A stretch of DNA of 63,999 nucleotides, filler included, from Rozella allomycis CSF55 (GCA_000442015.1; 10 parts of 10 records of this genome joined end to end with filler, not necessarily neighbours in it); one strand, 5' to 3'. Shown: positions 23,502 to 35,961, counted from the first letter of the whole stretch. The notes: generated by a model not told the origin, from the sequence alone. A program made the numbers and translations.

Positions 23502-26353
23502 ATGTCGAAAAGAAGACTGCAAGGTGAATCACCCGACGGCAGTGACAGGGAGGTGGAGAGAGAAGATACCCCACCTCCATTTTCGAGTGATGATGAGGAG
23601 GAAGAGATAGTGGAAGAGGTTGTGCAAAATGAGGAAGAGGAAGGCGAGGATCTTTTTGGCGACGACATGTTGCGGTAAGATAAGATAAAGGGTGTAAAAA
23701 GGGATTACCAAGAAATGCCTCGTTTGGACCGCTACGATGGACGCATGGTGGATGATGCTGAATATGAGGATATGGATGATGCTGAGAGAAGGATGATTGA
23801 TCAAATGCTGAATAGAAGAGATAGAGAGCAGGCTGTGTTGGAGGGAAGACTGCCGGAAGCGTTTTTGAGTGATGATATGGAGGAAGGGCCTGGATTGACT
23901 CAATTTGGGAAATTTAGGTTTGGAAGAGACGATGGAACTGATTTAATGGAAGCTGAAGATGCGGTAAATAGGATTAAAGGGTGTTAATAGGCTGCTGTTG
24001 CATTGACTGATGCGGAATCAGCGAATTATTCGTTGCAAGAGTTTGTGATGATGGAGAACTATAGAAGAAGAATAGCATATGATTATAGAACATTTTTAAC
24101 CACGTATTTGAATGAGGAAGGAGCTCCAGTGTATAATCAAAAGATCAGAGCTATGTGTGCAGGTAAATGTGCTTTGTGAATATCAATATAGCTAATTTGG
24201 AGAGTTTAGAAGTGAGTTATAATCATTTAGCTGATTCTAATGCATTTTTAGCAAAATTGTTGGCGAATGTACCAGGGGAGATATTGAAGATCTTTGATGA
24301 GACGACGATGAGTATAGTTTTAGAACAATTTGAAGATTATGGAAGAATCCAAAATGAGATTCATGTTAGAATAATTGATTATCCTACAGTTGATAGATTG
24401 TGTGATTTAAGAAATAATCATTTGAATGCCATGATAAGAGTTAGTGGAGTTGTGACTAGAAGAACTGGAGTGTTTCCTCACATGAAGTTGGTTAAATTTG
24501 ATTGTTCTAAATGTGGGAAAGAATTGGGACCCTTTACACAAGATTTGAATTCAGAATTTAAAGTTTCAAGTTGTAATAATTGTGATTCAAAAGGTCCATT
24601 TACTGTGAATACTCAAAAAGTAACAAAATAGATTTTAATTGATAAAGACAATTTATGAAAATTATCAAAAGGTGACTTTACAAGAGAGTCCAGGGACTGT
24701 TAGTGCAGGAAGACTTCCAAGACACAAAGAAGTTGTGTTGTTAGCTGATTTAATTGACTGTGCAAGACCAGGAGAAGAAATTGAAGTTACTGGGATTTAT
24801 AAAAACAACTTTTCTATTGCAATGAATAATAAACATGGGTTTCCTGTATTTGAAACCATTATTGAAGCTAACTATGTTTGTAAGAAACAAGACTTGTTTG
24901 CATCAACGCGTTTGACTGAAGATGATCAACAAGAAATAAGAAAATTATCATCAGATCCCAACATTGGTCAACGAATAATAAAATCTATCGCACCTTCAAT
25001 TTATGGCCATGAAAATATTAAAACTGCGATTGCTTTATCAATGTTTGGTGGTCAACCTAAAAATATTCAAAACAAGCACAGAGTTCGTGGTGATATAAAT
25101 GTTTTACTATTGGGAGATCCTGGTAATCAAATTTAATTGTTTTGATCAAAGGAACTGCAAAATCTCAATTTTTAAAATATATTGAGAAAACTGCTCATAG
25201 GGCTGTTTATACAACTGGGCAGGGTGCGTCAGCTGTTGGTTTAACTGCTTCTGTTCATAAAGACCCTGTCACTAAAGAATGGACATTGGAAGGCGGTGCT
25301 TTAGTTTTAGCTGACAATGGAATTTGTTTAATTGATGAGTTTGATAAAATGAATGACACTGACAGAACAAGTATTCACGAAGCCATGGAACAACAATCCA
25401 TTTCCATTTCAAAAGCTGGTATTGTTACTACCCTTCAAGCACGCTGTGCAATCATTGCTGCTGCCAATCCAATTCGCGGTAGATACAACCCTTCAATCCC
25501 ATTCAATCAAAACGTTGAATTAACTGAACCCATTCTATCTAGATTTGATGTCCTCTGTGTCGTTAAAGACAACGTTGATCCTGTCACTGATGAAGCTTTG
25601 GCTAAATTTGTTGTTTCTTCTCACATGAAATCCCATCCTGATTTTGATCCTCAAGACATTGGTGAATTCATTCGCGACTTTCAAGGTCTTCGCGCCTCTT
25701 TTGATGAACAATATCTCTTAACTCAAGACCAATTAAAGAAATACGTACTATACGCTAAATCACATTGCCATCCAAAGATTAGTGACGTTGATAGCACCAA
25801 AATTGCTAAATTATACGCTGATCTCAGAAAGGAATCTCTAAACAATGGGGGTATTCCAATCACTGTTCGTCATTTGGAATCTATCGTTAGATTAGCTGAA
25901 GCGCACGCTAGAATGCATCTACGAGACACCGTTCGCGCTGATGACGTTGATTTAGCCATTAGAGTCATGTTGGAGAGTTTTATTTCATCCCAGAAATATT
26001 CAGTCATGAAACAATTGAAGAAAGTAATCATTTTATTTCTGATTCAATTAGGGATTTGCCAAATACGTCACTTATCGTAGAGATCATTATGAATTGTTAT
26101 TGTTTTTGGTTCAAGAAAGCTTGCGTGAAACTTTACGTTACTATCACTACAGATTTGGTGACGATAACATGCCGCCAGTTGCTGAAATAGAAGCTGAAGA
26201 TTTTGAAAGCAAAGTACTTAATTAACTTCATTGTAACGTTAGGCTAAAGAATTGGGTATCAATGACGTCCAATCATTCTATTCCTCTAAATTGTTCACTG
26301 GAAATGGATTTAGATACAATCCAACAAGCCATCAAATTGAAAAAGATATTTAA
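23502..26353 (+). CDS. MCM2: DNA replication licensing factor Mcm2
   Basis: Acidic N-terminus [13 protein letters not shown], zinc finger CSKC..CNNC, GDPGTAKSQ, IDEFDKM and SRFD; about seven 27-29 nt introns. Confidence 0.97.
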
Positions 26354-26423
26354 TAAATAAATTGTTTTAAAACGGCCAATCTGTTCATTTGCTCTGATTT
26401 GAGAAATTTTGCAATTGTCAAAA

Positions 26424-27230
26424 ATGAATGGAAAATATGAACCACTCGTAGATGTGCCAATTACAAATGCAGAAACTGCTAATTCTCCCAAATCCAAACT
26501 ACCAGGTTTCGGTCCCACCGACATTCCTTCAACCTCCTCCAATCAAAAACAAACTCCAATAGCACCACGTCTCAGCACACTTGATGAGCCAGTTTCAGCA
26601 ACTCTAGTACTAAAATCCACCCTCTAAAATAGAAACGCGATTTATTCGCCATCTGGAAAAAGATTACAGTAGTCCTCATTCCAAGAGGCTCAGAGAACAT
26701 CCTAAAAGACTGTAACGACCTTACTATTTCCAAAACCAGGGGATCTATGGGGCCCATTGCTGCTATGTCTCATGCTCGCAACGTAAAAGTTTCATGAATT
26801 ATTTACAGGACAATGAGCGTCGCAGCGGCATCGTCGCAGAAAACGGAATACGTCTTTACACTTGTATTCGTCATTGTATGGATCGGATCGGCAATCGTTA
26901 CGGTGAATGCGTCGCTGCTCGGCGGCAAAATGTAAGATGCTGCTTGTATTATTAAAGATCGTTTTTTCAGAGCGTTTGCGCGCTGGGATACTGCCTGTTT
27001 CCACTGAATGTGGCATCTTTGGTCGCAGCGTTTGTAGGAACGATCATTGTTAGAGGGCCGGTGGCATTGGCATCACTCTTTTGGTCAGTCACGGGTAAAT
27101 TGTTGAGATGGCTATGTTAGCGTCTATAAAGTTTTTGGGCGAGACTAATTTAAATAATAGAAAGATATTGGCGGTTTATCCATTGTTCCTGTTTTATTTT
27201 ATCCTGTCGTGGTTAATTTTGATATCTTAG
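26424..27230 (+). CDS. Yip1-domain Golgi protein (YIPF6/Yip4-like)
   Basis: Spliced translation STLDEPVSATLKRDL..LKDWDLWGPLLLCL..GYCLFPL..LAVYPLFLFYF. Confidence 0.85.
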
Positions 27231-27548
27231 TGTAATGATTTAATAAATTGTTGTTCTTTATTGATAATTTGATTGCAACTTGCAATCGGCGACTTTTTCA
27301 TGGTGGTTAGGTGGTATTTATGAGAATAAGACTCTTGAAGATGTTGAACAATACGGTCTTTAATCTTTCTATCTTGAAGCTAACCCTTTTTCCTTCTATT
27401 TGCGTCGTTTGAACCTTACTCTTGAAAAGATGAACCGGCCCTATGCTTTAGAAGATTCAAGAAAAGAATTAACGCATAAATAGGTTAACATAGCTTATCA
27501 GCTCCAATTTAAATTTCGTGCAATACTGATAACCAAAGCCACAAAAGC

Positions 27549-28868
27549 ATGTTTAAATTTACCCCGCATGCCGATGGCAGAAATGATGGAAATAATGAAG
27601 GAAGCCATATACTTCTACAATTAGAGGAACACCATGACGATTTAGTATGTTTTATAGCATAATTTATTCTAGACGTATACTTCAGATTCTACAGTGGCAG
27701 CTGAAGACAATTTGAAAGAGAAACCTGTCTATCCGTGTTTTATGACTCATTCAGAGTTTATGGATGTATTAAATCAAGTGAAACAAGCTATAAAGGAAGG
27801 CATTCATCCTGTTAGAATCAGGCAGGGGTCATCAGGATCCTACTTTGTTCGAAACACATCAGGCGAGATTGTTGGAGTTTTTAAGCCAAAAAATGAGGAG
27901 CCTTATGGTAAGCTTAATCCAAAATGGACAAAATGGCTCCATAAAACTTGCTTGCCCTGTTGCTTTGGACGGAGTTGGTAATGAATAGCGCAGTCATGAA
28001 TTTAGTCTTGTTCCTAATTTGGGATACGTCTCAGAAGCGTCTGCAAGTATTGTGGACAGAAGATTAAAGTTGAATATTGTTCCAAGAACTGAAATTGTTG
28101 AATTGGCTTCGGAAGCCTTCTATTATGGGCCAATTGACAGGAGTCAAGCAAAATCCAAGGGATACCCAAATAAAATAGGCTCTTTACAAATATTTCTTAA
28201 GGGATTTAAAAATTCCAATGTTCAAATGAAGAAAATTGCCAATGTTAATTTAACAAAGGAAAGCCAATTAAAATTTCAAACTAATTTTGAAAAACTTGTT
28301 ATTCTAGATTACGTGATAAGAAATACAGGTAAAACTATTTTTACAAAGTAATCTTGATAGAGGATTAGACAATTGGATGATTTATTACGAGCCATTAGAA
28401 ATGGAAGAAGATTTGGAAGATAAAACTACCGCAGATATTTACATTACAGCCATAGATCACGGCTTAGCCTTTCCATTTAAACATCCAGATAATTGGAGGT
28501 CATATCCATTTGGTTGGTACTTTCTATCAGCAGCCAAGGTACCCTTCTCTCAACAAACAATAGACCTGTATTTGCCAATATTAAAGGACAACAAAACTAT
28601 AACGACAATGATAAAAGAATTAAAAGAAGTCGCCAAAGCCGACGCTCATTTCGATAGTAATATTTTTCAGCGTCAGATGGCATTAATGCGCGGGCAAATC
28701 CATAACTTAATTAGAACTTTTGAAGATAGGGGATCTCCTGTTGATTTAGTTCAAAAACCTCTTTTGATGATTCATGAGAGTTCAGATCAAATGAATTCAT
28801 TATCAGAAAGGACTCGCAAGAAAATAATTGAATTTGTAAATTCTAATCCATGTTTTTCAAGTTGTTAA
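27549..28868 (+). CDS. LSB6: Type II phosphatidylinositol 4-kinase (Lsb6/PI4K2-like)
   Basis: QGSSGSYF, VFKPKNEEPYG, LDYVIRNTDRGLDNW (across an intron) and AIDHGLAFPFKHPDNWRSYPFGW. Confidence 0.92.
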
Positions 28869-28910
28869 AACGCATAAATTTCATTATCTATAAAATTTTT
28901 ATTAATGAAT

Positions 28911-29495
28911 TTAAAAACGATACTTGAAAATGATTTTGGAACATTCTACTTTCTTTAATGGAACGGTAGAAGGATAAATTGTGAGTGTTAAAGGCCCTAT
29001 TGTTGATTGAACTAATGCTTTTGTAGTGAGTTTAGTCCTTTCTAGAGTCTTTTTAAACTGCAGCACTTGATTTTCTTTATCCCCCTTCTTTGGTGTACAG
29101 GAATCGCTGCTGAGTTTTGTGTAGGCTTTTTTGGGCGGCAAAATGGGAGTCGATGATTTCGGTATCGGCGGTTTTTTAAACTCTGGGGTATTGTATTCTT
29201 TATTTCTTAAATTATTATTTAATAATACATTCAACGCTATATTGTTATTAGTCAGTAGCATTAAAGGTTTTCGCGCTCTTTCACTTCCAAAAGTTTCCTT
29301 CTCGTTATCTTCAATCTTCCGCCGATTTTTATTCTCTTTACTTACATTTGCGACGCATTTTCTTTGGGGACGATCCACAACTTCTTTGTGATTTATATGT
29401 AAAGGAGACTCTGCTATTGCTGTATTCGGACGTTGTTTCTTTAGTATTATTATTTTCGAGGGGTTTTCTGATGGTTTCGTTAAAGTATTTGACAT
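28911..29495 (-). CDS. Basic, low-complexity hypothetical protein with KEN and D-box-like degrons
   Basis: 194-aa ORF containing KEN twice, RKPLMLLTN and TPKK. Confidence 0.6.
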   Translation of the reverse strand: MSNTLTKPSENPSKIIILKKQRPNTAIAESPLHINHKEVVDRPQRKCVANVSKENKNRRKIEDNEKETFGSERARKPLMLLTNNNIALNVLLNNNLRNKEYNTPEFKKPPIPKSSTPILPPKKAYTKLSSDSCTPKKGDKENQVLQFKKTLERTKLTTKALVQSTIGPLTLTIYPSTVPLKKVECSKIIFKYRF

Positions 29496-29553
29496 TCAAA
29501 ATTGGCGGTATTCTCAAAACCCCTAGCAATTGCCCGGAATTTACAGAGTAACT

Positions 29554-29562
29554 TTTCGCGCC
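29554..29562. promoter_or_regulatory. E2F-consensus site TTTCGCGCC
   Basis: Exact TTTSSCGC match about 60 nt upstream of the 29495 start in very AT-rich DNA. Confidence 0.45.
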
Positions 29563-30666
29563 AATTTCTTGGTGTACTTTACAAAAATATAAATCTAAAC
29601 GAGTTTATTTCAGTAGAGAGAATTTAGTATTATATATATTATATGATTTTAACTTTAATACTATAAAGGCACTGTACCTAAATATTATTACGGATAGTTT
29701 TGGTTTTGTGATAACTCTTCATGCGATCATTAGGACTCGCATTTACGTTCCATTTAAGGTCAAAGAGTCAAAGAGAAATAACCATAAGAGAATTTTGTTG
29801 GTGAAAGCCGTTCTTGTATGCGGTAGGAACATTAAATAACATTTTAATTCATAATGAATTATATTAAGTTATTAACCATTTAAAAATAAAAAAACTTAAA
29901 CTTATGTAGTTTTATTCATATTTTAAATATTGAGTTCTGTCTCTCCATAGCTTATAGTATCTTAATCCTCATAAATTGAATAGTAATTTTAAAGAATAAT
30001 GAATAAAAGAGAAGTCGAATGAGAACGGATTATCTTCGATTGTTTTTCTCAGAATTTATAGTGTAGGTAACTACTAACTTGGTTCTTCCTATAAAAGAAT
30101 AGAGATCCGCTAGGATTAAGAGATCCTTTGAGGATGATGACTACTCTCTATGATAATTATTATAAGAAGTGGGATGAGAATCCCTTGTACGACAAGTTCA
30201 ATTAAATTTGACATTGAAAAGTTCTATGAAGTGAAAAATTGACAATTTCAAATTAAATTATCGAGCGAGTAATATTAAATAAATATCAATTAGCATTAGC
30301 ATTTGTGATTTGGAAGATTGTACTGCCCACTCCACCAGCATTTTACTTCGATTTATAAAGCACATACCTTTAGACCTTTTCTGGTTAAGGTGTAATAATT
30401 TTTGACACAAAAAAATTCAATTAATCCTTTTCTCTTAAGTTGAATTACTATTGCAATGACGCTTTATCAGGGCTTAACAACCTCTAAGTACATTTCATTT
30501 TGCATGTAATTGTCCTTGTTGGTGATAAAATTGTTCCCTGATCTGGCGACAAATAATTTTTAAAATATCTTTTTCATTGTGGTAGTGGTGGTAGGGACCA
30601 CAATGTTGCAGGATCTACGAAATTTTCACATTCGAAAACGTGCTCGAGAGGCCCTGGCTTGACAAA

Positions 30667-32082
30667 ATGCTACCAACACTCTTTGTGTTACTGTTTCTCG
30701 CATGCTATTTGGTCAACTGCTACAAGATTATTGTTCCCGTTGTCTACGATAAGGGTACTGGAGTTATAGCAAAATCGGACATTCAAAACATCATCTACCC
30801 TGAAACCCTTAGGAAAGTGTTGCTCGGCAACAATTCAGGGCAAAATTATGTTCATGAAGAGGCCTTAGTATGTTATCGAACGGTTTTCGCGCTTCATTCA
30901 GCTTATTCTTGGCCTACATTTTCAGGGAGCTTAGAGGAGGTCATTGAAAAGTTTAAACAAGTAAAAGTTCCTATAACTGGCAACTACGGGGTTTTTCCAT
31001 TTCCTGTTCCATCTACCTTCTATGAGTTGTTTTCATTATCTGAGATCACTCGTATGGAGTTTAGAGGTGAAAATCCAGGAAGTAATGACCACAAATATTC
31101 GTATGCTATGACAAAAGATCACCCTGATAGAATAAAGTTTCTCGAACAATGGGAAAAGCGCCTCCACAGAGACATGTTGCATCAAATAGCTCTTACATTG
31201 TCTGGAAAGAAAATAGGCGATTTTAGGACGGAATCATTTTTAAACGACCTCATTATCTGGAATTTAAATCATTTGATCAAAATTAGAGACTTTGTCACCG
31301 GATTTGAATCGCATGGAATAGAATTTTCGGATTTCATTAAGAAATTTGAACCACATGTATTAAGGCTTCAAGTTAATCATGACTCCTATCAGATTATCTT
31401 AGAATCTATGTATTCGCGAACTCAACTCTTTAAATGGCCTGCCTCGTTAAAGTTTATCAATGAGTTGATTTTATTTGACGGAGAACATTCGTTTGACGTT
31501 TTCATAGANACCTCGTTAAAGTTTATTAATGAGTTGATTTTATTTGACGGAGAACATTCGTTTGACGTTTTCATAGAAAGAGAGTGGAAGTCAATTGTCA
31601 ATAATAAGATATTGATGTATCATATTTCCTCAATAGGTATGACTTTAGAATCAACTCCTGCAAAATCTGAACAAATATATTCCCTCGATGACAATGCGGC
31701 ACAAGCTTGGATAGATCATATTAAGAATGGCTTAAGATACACTTTAATGTCGGGATTCTATAAAGAAGGTCAAGGCATAATTAGTTCCTTGGATGTCATA
31801 TCACAGGTTATGGGGAATAATAACGTTCTAAAATACGTCAATTCAAGTGGTCTTACTTCATACATTTATGGCTTACCTACTACTATAATGGAATTTGATG
31901 AACATGATTTTAATATATATTTTAAATTGGGGAATAAACCTAGTCATACTCTGTACATGTGCGATAATCATGTTCCGCAACTCTGGCTCGATAATTTTCA
32001 AAATCCCAAAGAGTCTTTGAATCACCTCATAAAGCTAATTTATCCTATCGAAGAGCCTAAAGAAGTGATTGATAATAATTAA
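30667..32082 (+). CDS. Intronless hypothetical secreted protein
   Basis: Signal-peptide-like MLPTLFVLLFLACYLVNC; the internal repeat at N 31509 is an assembly duplication. Confidence 0.65.
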   Translation: MLPTLFVLLFLACYLVNCYKIIVPVVYDKGTGVIAKSDIQNIIYPETLRKVLLGNNSGQNYVHEEALVCYRTVFALHSAYSWPTFSGSLEEVIEKFKQVKVPITGNYGVFPFPVPSTFYELFSLSEITRMEFRGENPGSNDHKYSYAMTKDHPDRIKFLEQWEKRLHRDMLHQIALTLSGKKIGDFRTESFLNDLIIWNLNHLIKIRDFVTGFESHGIEFSDFIKKFEPHVLRLQVNHDSYQIILESMYSRTQLFKWPASLKFINELILFDGEHSFDVFIXTSLKFINELILFDGEHSFDVFIEREWKSIVNNKILMYHISSIGMTLESTPAKSEQIYSLDDNAAQAWIDHIKNGLRYTLMSGFYKEGQGIISSLDVISQVMGNNNVLKYVNSSGLTSYIYGLPTTIMEFDEHDFNIYFKLGNKPSHTLYMCDNHVPQLWLDNFQNPKESLNHLIKLIYPIEEPKEVIDNN

Positions 32083-32435
32083 TAAAGTCAAATAATAAAT
32101 ATCTATTACAATAATTAAAATCAACAACCCGTTTAATAACCGGTTGGAAATCCATTTCTGTAATCATCTGTAAATTAAATACCTGTAAACAATATACGTC
32201 GCTCAAGCATATATCAAAGAATCNGGAAGAGCCTCAAAGAAGTGATTGATAATAATTAATAAAGTCCAGTAATAAATATCTATTACAATAATTAAAATCA
32301 ACAACCCGTTTAATAACTGTTTTAAATCCATTTCTATTAAATACCTGTAAACAATATACGTCGCTCAAGCATATATCAAAGAATCTGTGAAAGGGGCTAA
32401 GTCTGAATTTCAGAATATTTTTTGTTTTGCTCAAA

Positions 32436-33293
32436 ATGAATTTGGATTCTGGAAAGGGCACTACTGCTGATAAAAACAATCTATTAACACTATTTGTTAC
32501 CAATTTTGGAACAGGTATTTTCGAAACAGAGCTCGAAAATTTGTTCTCCCCGTTCGGAAAAGTACTCTATACCTTGATACATATTAGTTAACCAATATAG
32601 ATTTATTACGTGAATATGACACTGGCATCTCTAAAGGTTATGCCTTTGTTACGTATTCCGCTGCGGAAGAAGCAGAAGAAGCCAGATCCAATCTGAACGG
32701 CCATGAAATTGCAGAAGGGTTACGTCTAAGAGTCGAGATTGTAATTTATAGTTTCCTACTTACACTAGTCAAAGCGTGGAAGACCTCGTACACCTGTGTT
32801 TAAAAAGGAATCACATCGTGGCAAATCTACTGGTGGCGATCATTATGCTCCACCTCCTAAATCACAAAAAAATCCGCCTTTATTAGGCAAAAATAAAACT
32901 AAAGGCCGAAAGAGAAAATTAGAAACTAAGAAGAATAAAGGTGGACGTGCCTCAAAAAGAACTCCTCATCAACAGCATGAATCAGCAGCACCAGCTTCAG
33001 AGTATATGTATACCCCTCAACAAAATGCACAGCCTTTTGGGTATAATTCATACTATTCTAACCAAGTTGGCCAACATGCTTGGATGCATCATATGACCAT
33101 GCCTCCTGCGTCCTACACGCAAGTGCCCAATAATCGATATAATGGGCCTACTCAAAGGAGAGCTGATTATTCTCAAAGCCCTTTTTACTCACCTAACCAA
33201 AATCCGGTGGGTCAAAACGCATTCTATCAACAAGGAGTATCGTCATACCCCTTTATGTATTCTCAAGGAGGCCAAAATAACCAGAATAGCTAA
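32436..33293 (+). CDS. RRM RNA-binding protein with Q/Y/N-rich tail (Tra2-like C-flank)
   Basis: RNP2 LFVTNF, RNP1 KGYAFVTY, then SKRGRPRTP; two short introns. Confidence 0.75.
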
Positions 33294-33310
33294 CATTTTT
33301 ATTCATAAAA

Positions 33311-33719
33311 TCATTCTATTTTATCGGCCTTCATAATAACATTTATGCGATGAACTATTTCTTTTGAGAGAAGGATTCCAATCATAAAAACGAATATTAT
33401 CGCTGGAATTAATTGAGCAACAGTATAAGGTATTATTCCGGCAACTTTCTGATCATAAATCACGTCAAAAAGAGCTACTCTTTTATCTATTGTTCCCCTA
33501 TAAGTTTTGGCCACAACCCCAGTAAATTCAAAAGACACTTCTAGTATCAATTCACTATTCCAATTCACAACTCTCATCGTAAAATTCAAAGGAATCTAAT
33601 CGTTACGACTAGACAATTTTACGTAGGCTGGATAGCATATTCGAATTTCAGCACTAAATGGATTCAGTGTTCTAATGTATAAGGGTGAATTCGTACTGTT
33701 CACCAGCATTCTCGTATGA
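33311..33719 (-). CDS. Partial membrane protein, possibly Pga1-like (GPI mannosyltransferase II co-factor)
   Basis: Spliced EIRICYPAY-IPLNF motif and a C-terminal TM helix; 5' end lies in the gap. Confidence 0.35.
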
Positions 33720-34049
33720 NNNNNNNNNNNNNNNNNNNNNNNNNNNNNNNNNNNNNNNNNNNNTTAATTAATTAANNNNNNNNNNNNNNNNNNNNNNNNN
33801 NNNNNNNNNNNNNNNNNNNAAAAAAATGACATGCAATACGTTAAATATTTCAAAGAATTTTGTGCGACTACCAGTGTGCGCTATTAACTTTAGTGTCGTT
33901 GAAAATCTCGAACAAAAGGTATTAATTATAGGAACAAACTACATGTAAATCGGTTATAAATCTTTACTCAAGGATTGTCTAAAATATTAAGTACCTATTA
34001 TCAATTGCTACCTGAACTAAAAAAAGAAAATCTCCGCATTGTCTCGCTG

Positions 34050-34889
34050 ATGGATCTTGAAACTGTCATAACGATCACACAACAGGTAAGCCTTGTGAAT
34101 GGTGTCTTTTTCGCATCATTCATTGTTGGTATTTGCTTTCTGATAGTTACGTTGGCAATATCAATTGGTAAAATGATTCCTCTCACATACATCACAATCG
34201 TACATTATGTACTTTCCTTGGTAAGTGCATTCGTTCCATTCCTCTTAAATATCGTGCCTTCTACAGATTGCAAGTCCCTACCAGTTAGCTGCGCATTCTA
34301 CTACATCTCAAAGTGCATTGCATGGTACGTCTCCAGTCTCAGGTTAAATGCTCTATATAATTATGACAATCGGATCCTCAAAACTACACAAATACTCTTC
34401 GTCTTGAATGTTATCTTTGGCATTTGCTCGTGCTCTTTTGTCGTTCCCTTTCGTCCTGTTCCATTCCAATGCGCGCCCGTCATCGATCAAACTTGGAACT
34501 ACATTCAACGATTTGTATTTTTCTTTTCGGATATATACGTGATTATAATGTACATGAAGAAATGGAACAAACTCACAAATATTGCATCTACCTTAAGCGG
34601 CTCAAATAACAACTCGTTCGCAAAACAAATTCTCGCCATTGTATTTCAAACAGGAATCTTACACTCTCTTAATATCGTCACATTTGTGTTGAATGTCTTT
34701 GTGTATACAGAAGGAATCATGTATGTATTGATTGTGTATATCGTTCAAATATTAACCGATGTCATTACATTCTTAATCTACATCAAATCTAGAAGAGAGG
34801 AGGGCACAACAAGTGACCTAGAATCCAAAAGACGAACATCAACTGCGCTAAAAGGAACCAATATAAAAGCTTCAGCGCCCATTTCATAG
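34050..34889 (+). CDS. Intronless seven-TM (GPCR-like) protein
   Basis: About seven hydrophobic segments, Cys near TM3 and in the second outer loop, Ser/Thr/Lys-rich tail. Confidence 0.6.
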   Translation: MDLETVITITQQVSLVNGVFFASFIVGICFLIVTLAISIGKMIPLTYITIVHYVLSLVSAFVPFLLNIVPSTDCKSLPVSCAFYYISKCIAWYVSSLRLNALYNYDNRILKTTQILFVLNVIFGICSCSFVVPFRPVPFQCAPVIDQTWNYIQRFVFFFSDIYVIIMYMKKWNKLTNIASTLSGSNNNSFAKQILAIVFQTGILHSLNIVTFVLNVFVYTEGIMYVLIVYIVQILTDVITFLIYIKSRREEGTTSDLESKRRTSTALKGTNIKASAPIS

Positions 34890-35014
34890 ATAATTAATAA
34901 ATTGATGTTACAAANNNNNNNNNNNNNNNNNNNNNNNNNNNNNNNNNNNNNNNNNNNNTTAATTAATTAANNNNNNNNNNNNNNNNNNNNNNNNNNNNNN
35001 NNNNNNNNNNNNNN

Positions 35015-35625
35015 TGTTGATCCATAGAGCCACAAGCTTAGTATCATCAAATCACAGAAAAACTATTAGAATTTTCTATTACATGCTCTGTTTTTCAGGT
35101 GTCCTTTCAGTTCTTTATTCAATAGTTGTTAAAATACCAATGGTATTTGGGGATTCGTGCGGAGCACTTTATGATGTCACAAGTAATGTGACTGGAAAAA
35201 TAATTCTATGCGTTTTGTACATTCTTTTAATTATTACATTCATTGCGCCAGCATTAAAGCACATAAGGACTGCCAATTCATTGTCAACGAATTATCTTCT
35301 CGACATCATATTTAGTGTTACCTTTAGGATAGTCATAGCTATATTGGGCTATTTGATTACGGTGGCTCTTTCATTTGCTGGGGTGTGGGGTAATCTTTTC
35401 ATTGTCGAATTCACGGTCCAAAATTATTGCGCAATCATAGCGTCCACGGCAAGCTTTAAACACGGGGAATCTTCTACGTCAAAACTCGATCAAACTCGAT
35501 CAGGACAAGGCTAAAATATTCCTCAACGAGCAGATAGCACTTCCAAAGGAGCGAAAGGCCAAGTGAAAAATAGCAGTGGCCATATAAAGCCAGTGGTTAA
35601 GAAGTCAGTAATAATTGATCAATAA
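35015..35625 (+). CDS. Partial multi-TM (GPCR-like) protein; 3' end present as two haplotype copies
   Basis: Four TM segments and a polar tail; copy 1 has TAA at 35512 where copy 2 (after N 35716) reads TCC. Confidence 0.5.
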
Positions 35626-35961
35626 CAAAATAAAATACATTATTAATATTTTATCTGATGTGGGCCTTGACACCCTTGTTCATGAAAAGGGGACTTCGTT
35701 CTTTAACCCCAATTTNGTAGCTTCCACGGCAAGCTTTAAACATGGGGAATCTTCTACGTCAAAACGCGATCAAACTCGCTCAGGACAAGGCTCCGTTATT
35801 CCCCAACGAGCAGATAGCACTTCCAAAGGAGCGAAAGGCCAAGTGAAAAATAGCAGTGGCCATATAAAGCCAGTGGTTAAGAAGTCAGTAATAATTGATC
35901 AATAACAAAATAAAATACATTATTAATATTTTATCTGATGTGGGACTTGACACCCTTGTTC

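Noticed and set aside
14076-26353. Stop-codon reassignment or programmed frameshifting to explain fragmented ORFs
   Set aside because: Breaks checked in conserved genes resolve with 25-30 nt GT-AG introns or N-duplications under the standard code.
29600-30640. ncRNA or decayed oxidoreductase (AGGVG-like fragment near 30310-30345, minus strand) in the long AT-rich spacer
   Set aside because: Only a few residues match, there is no sustained frame, and no complete C/D box pair.
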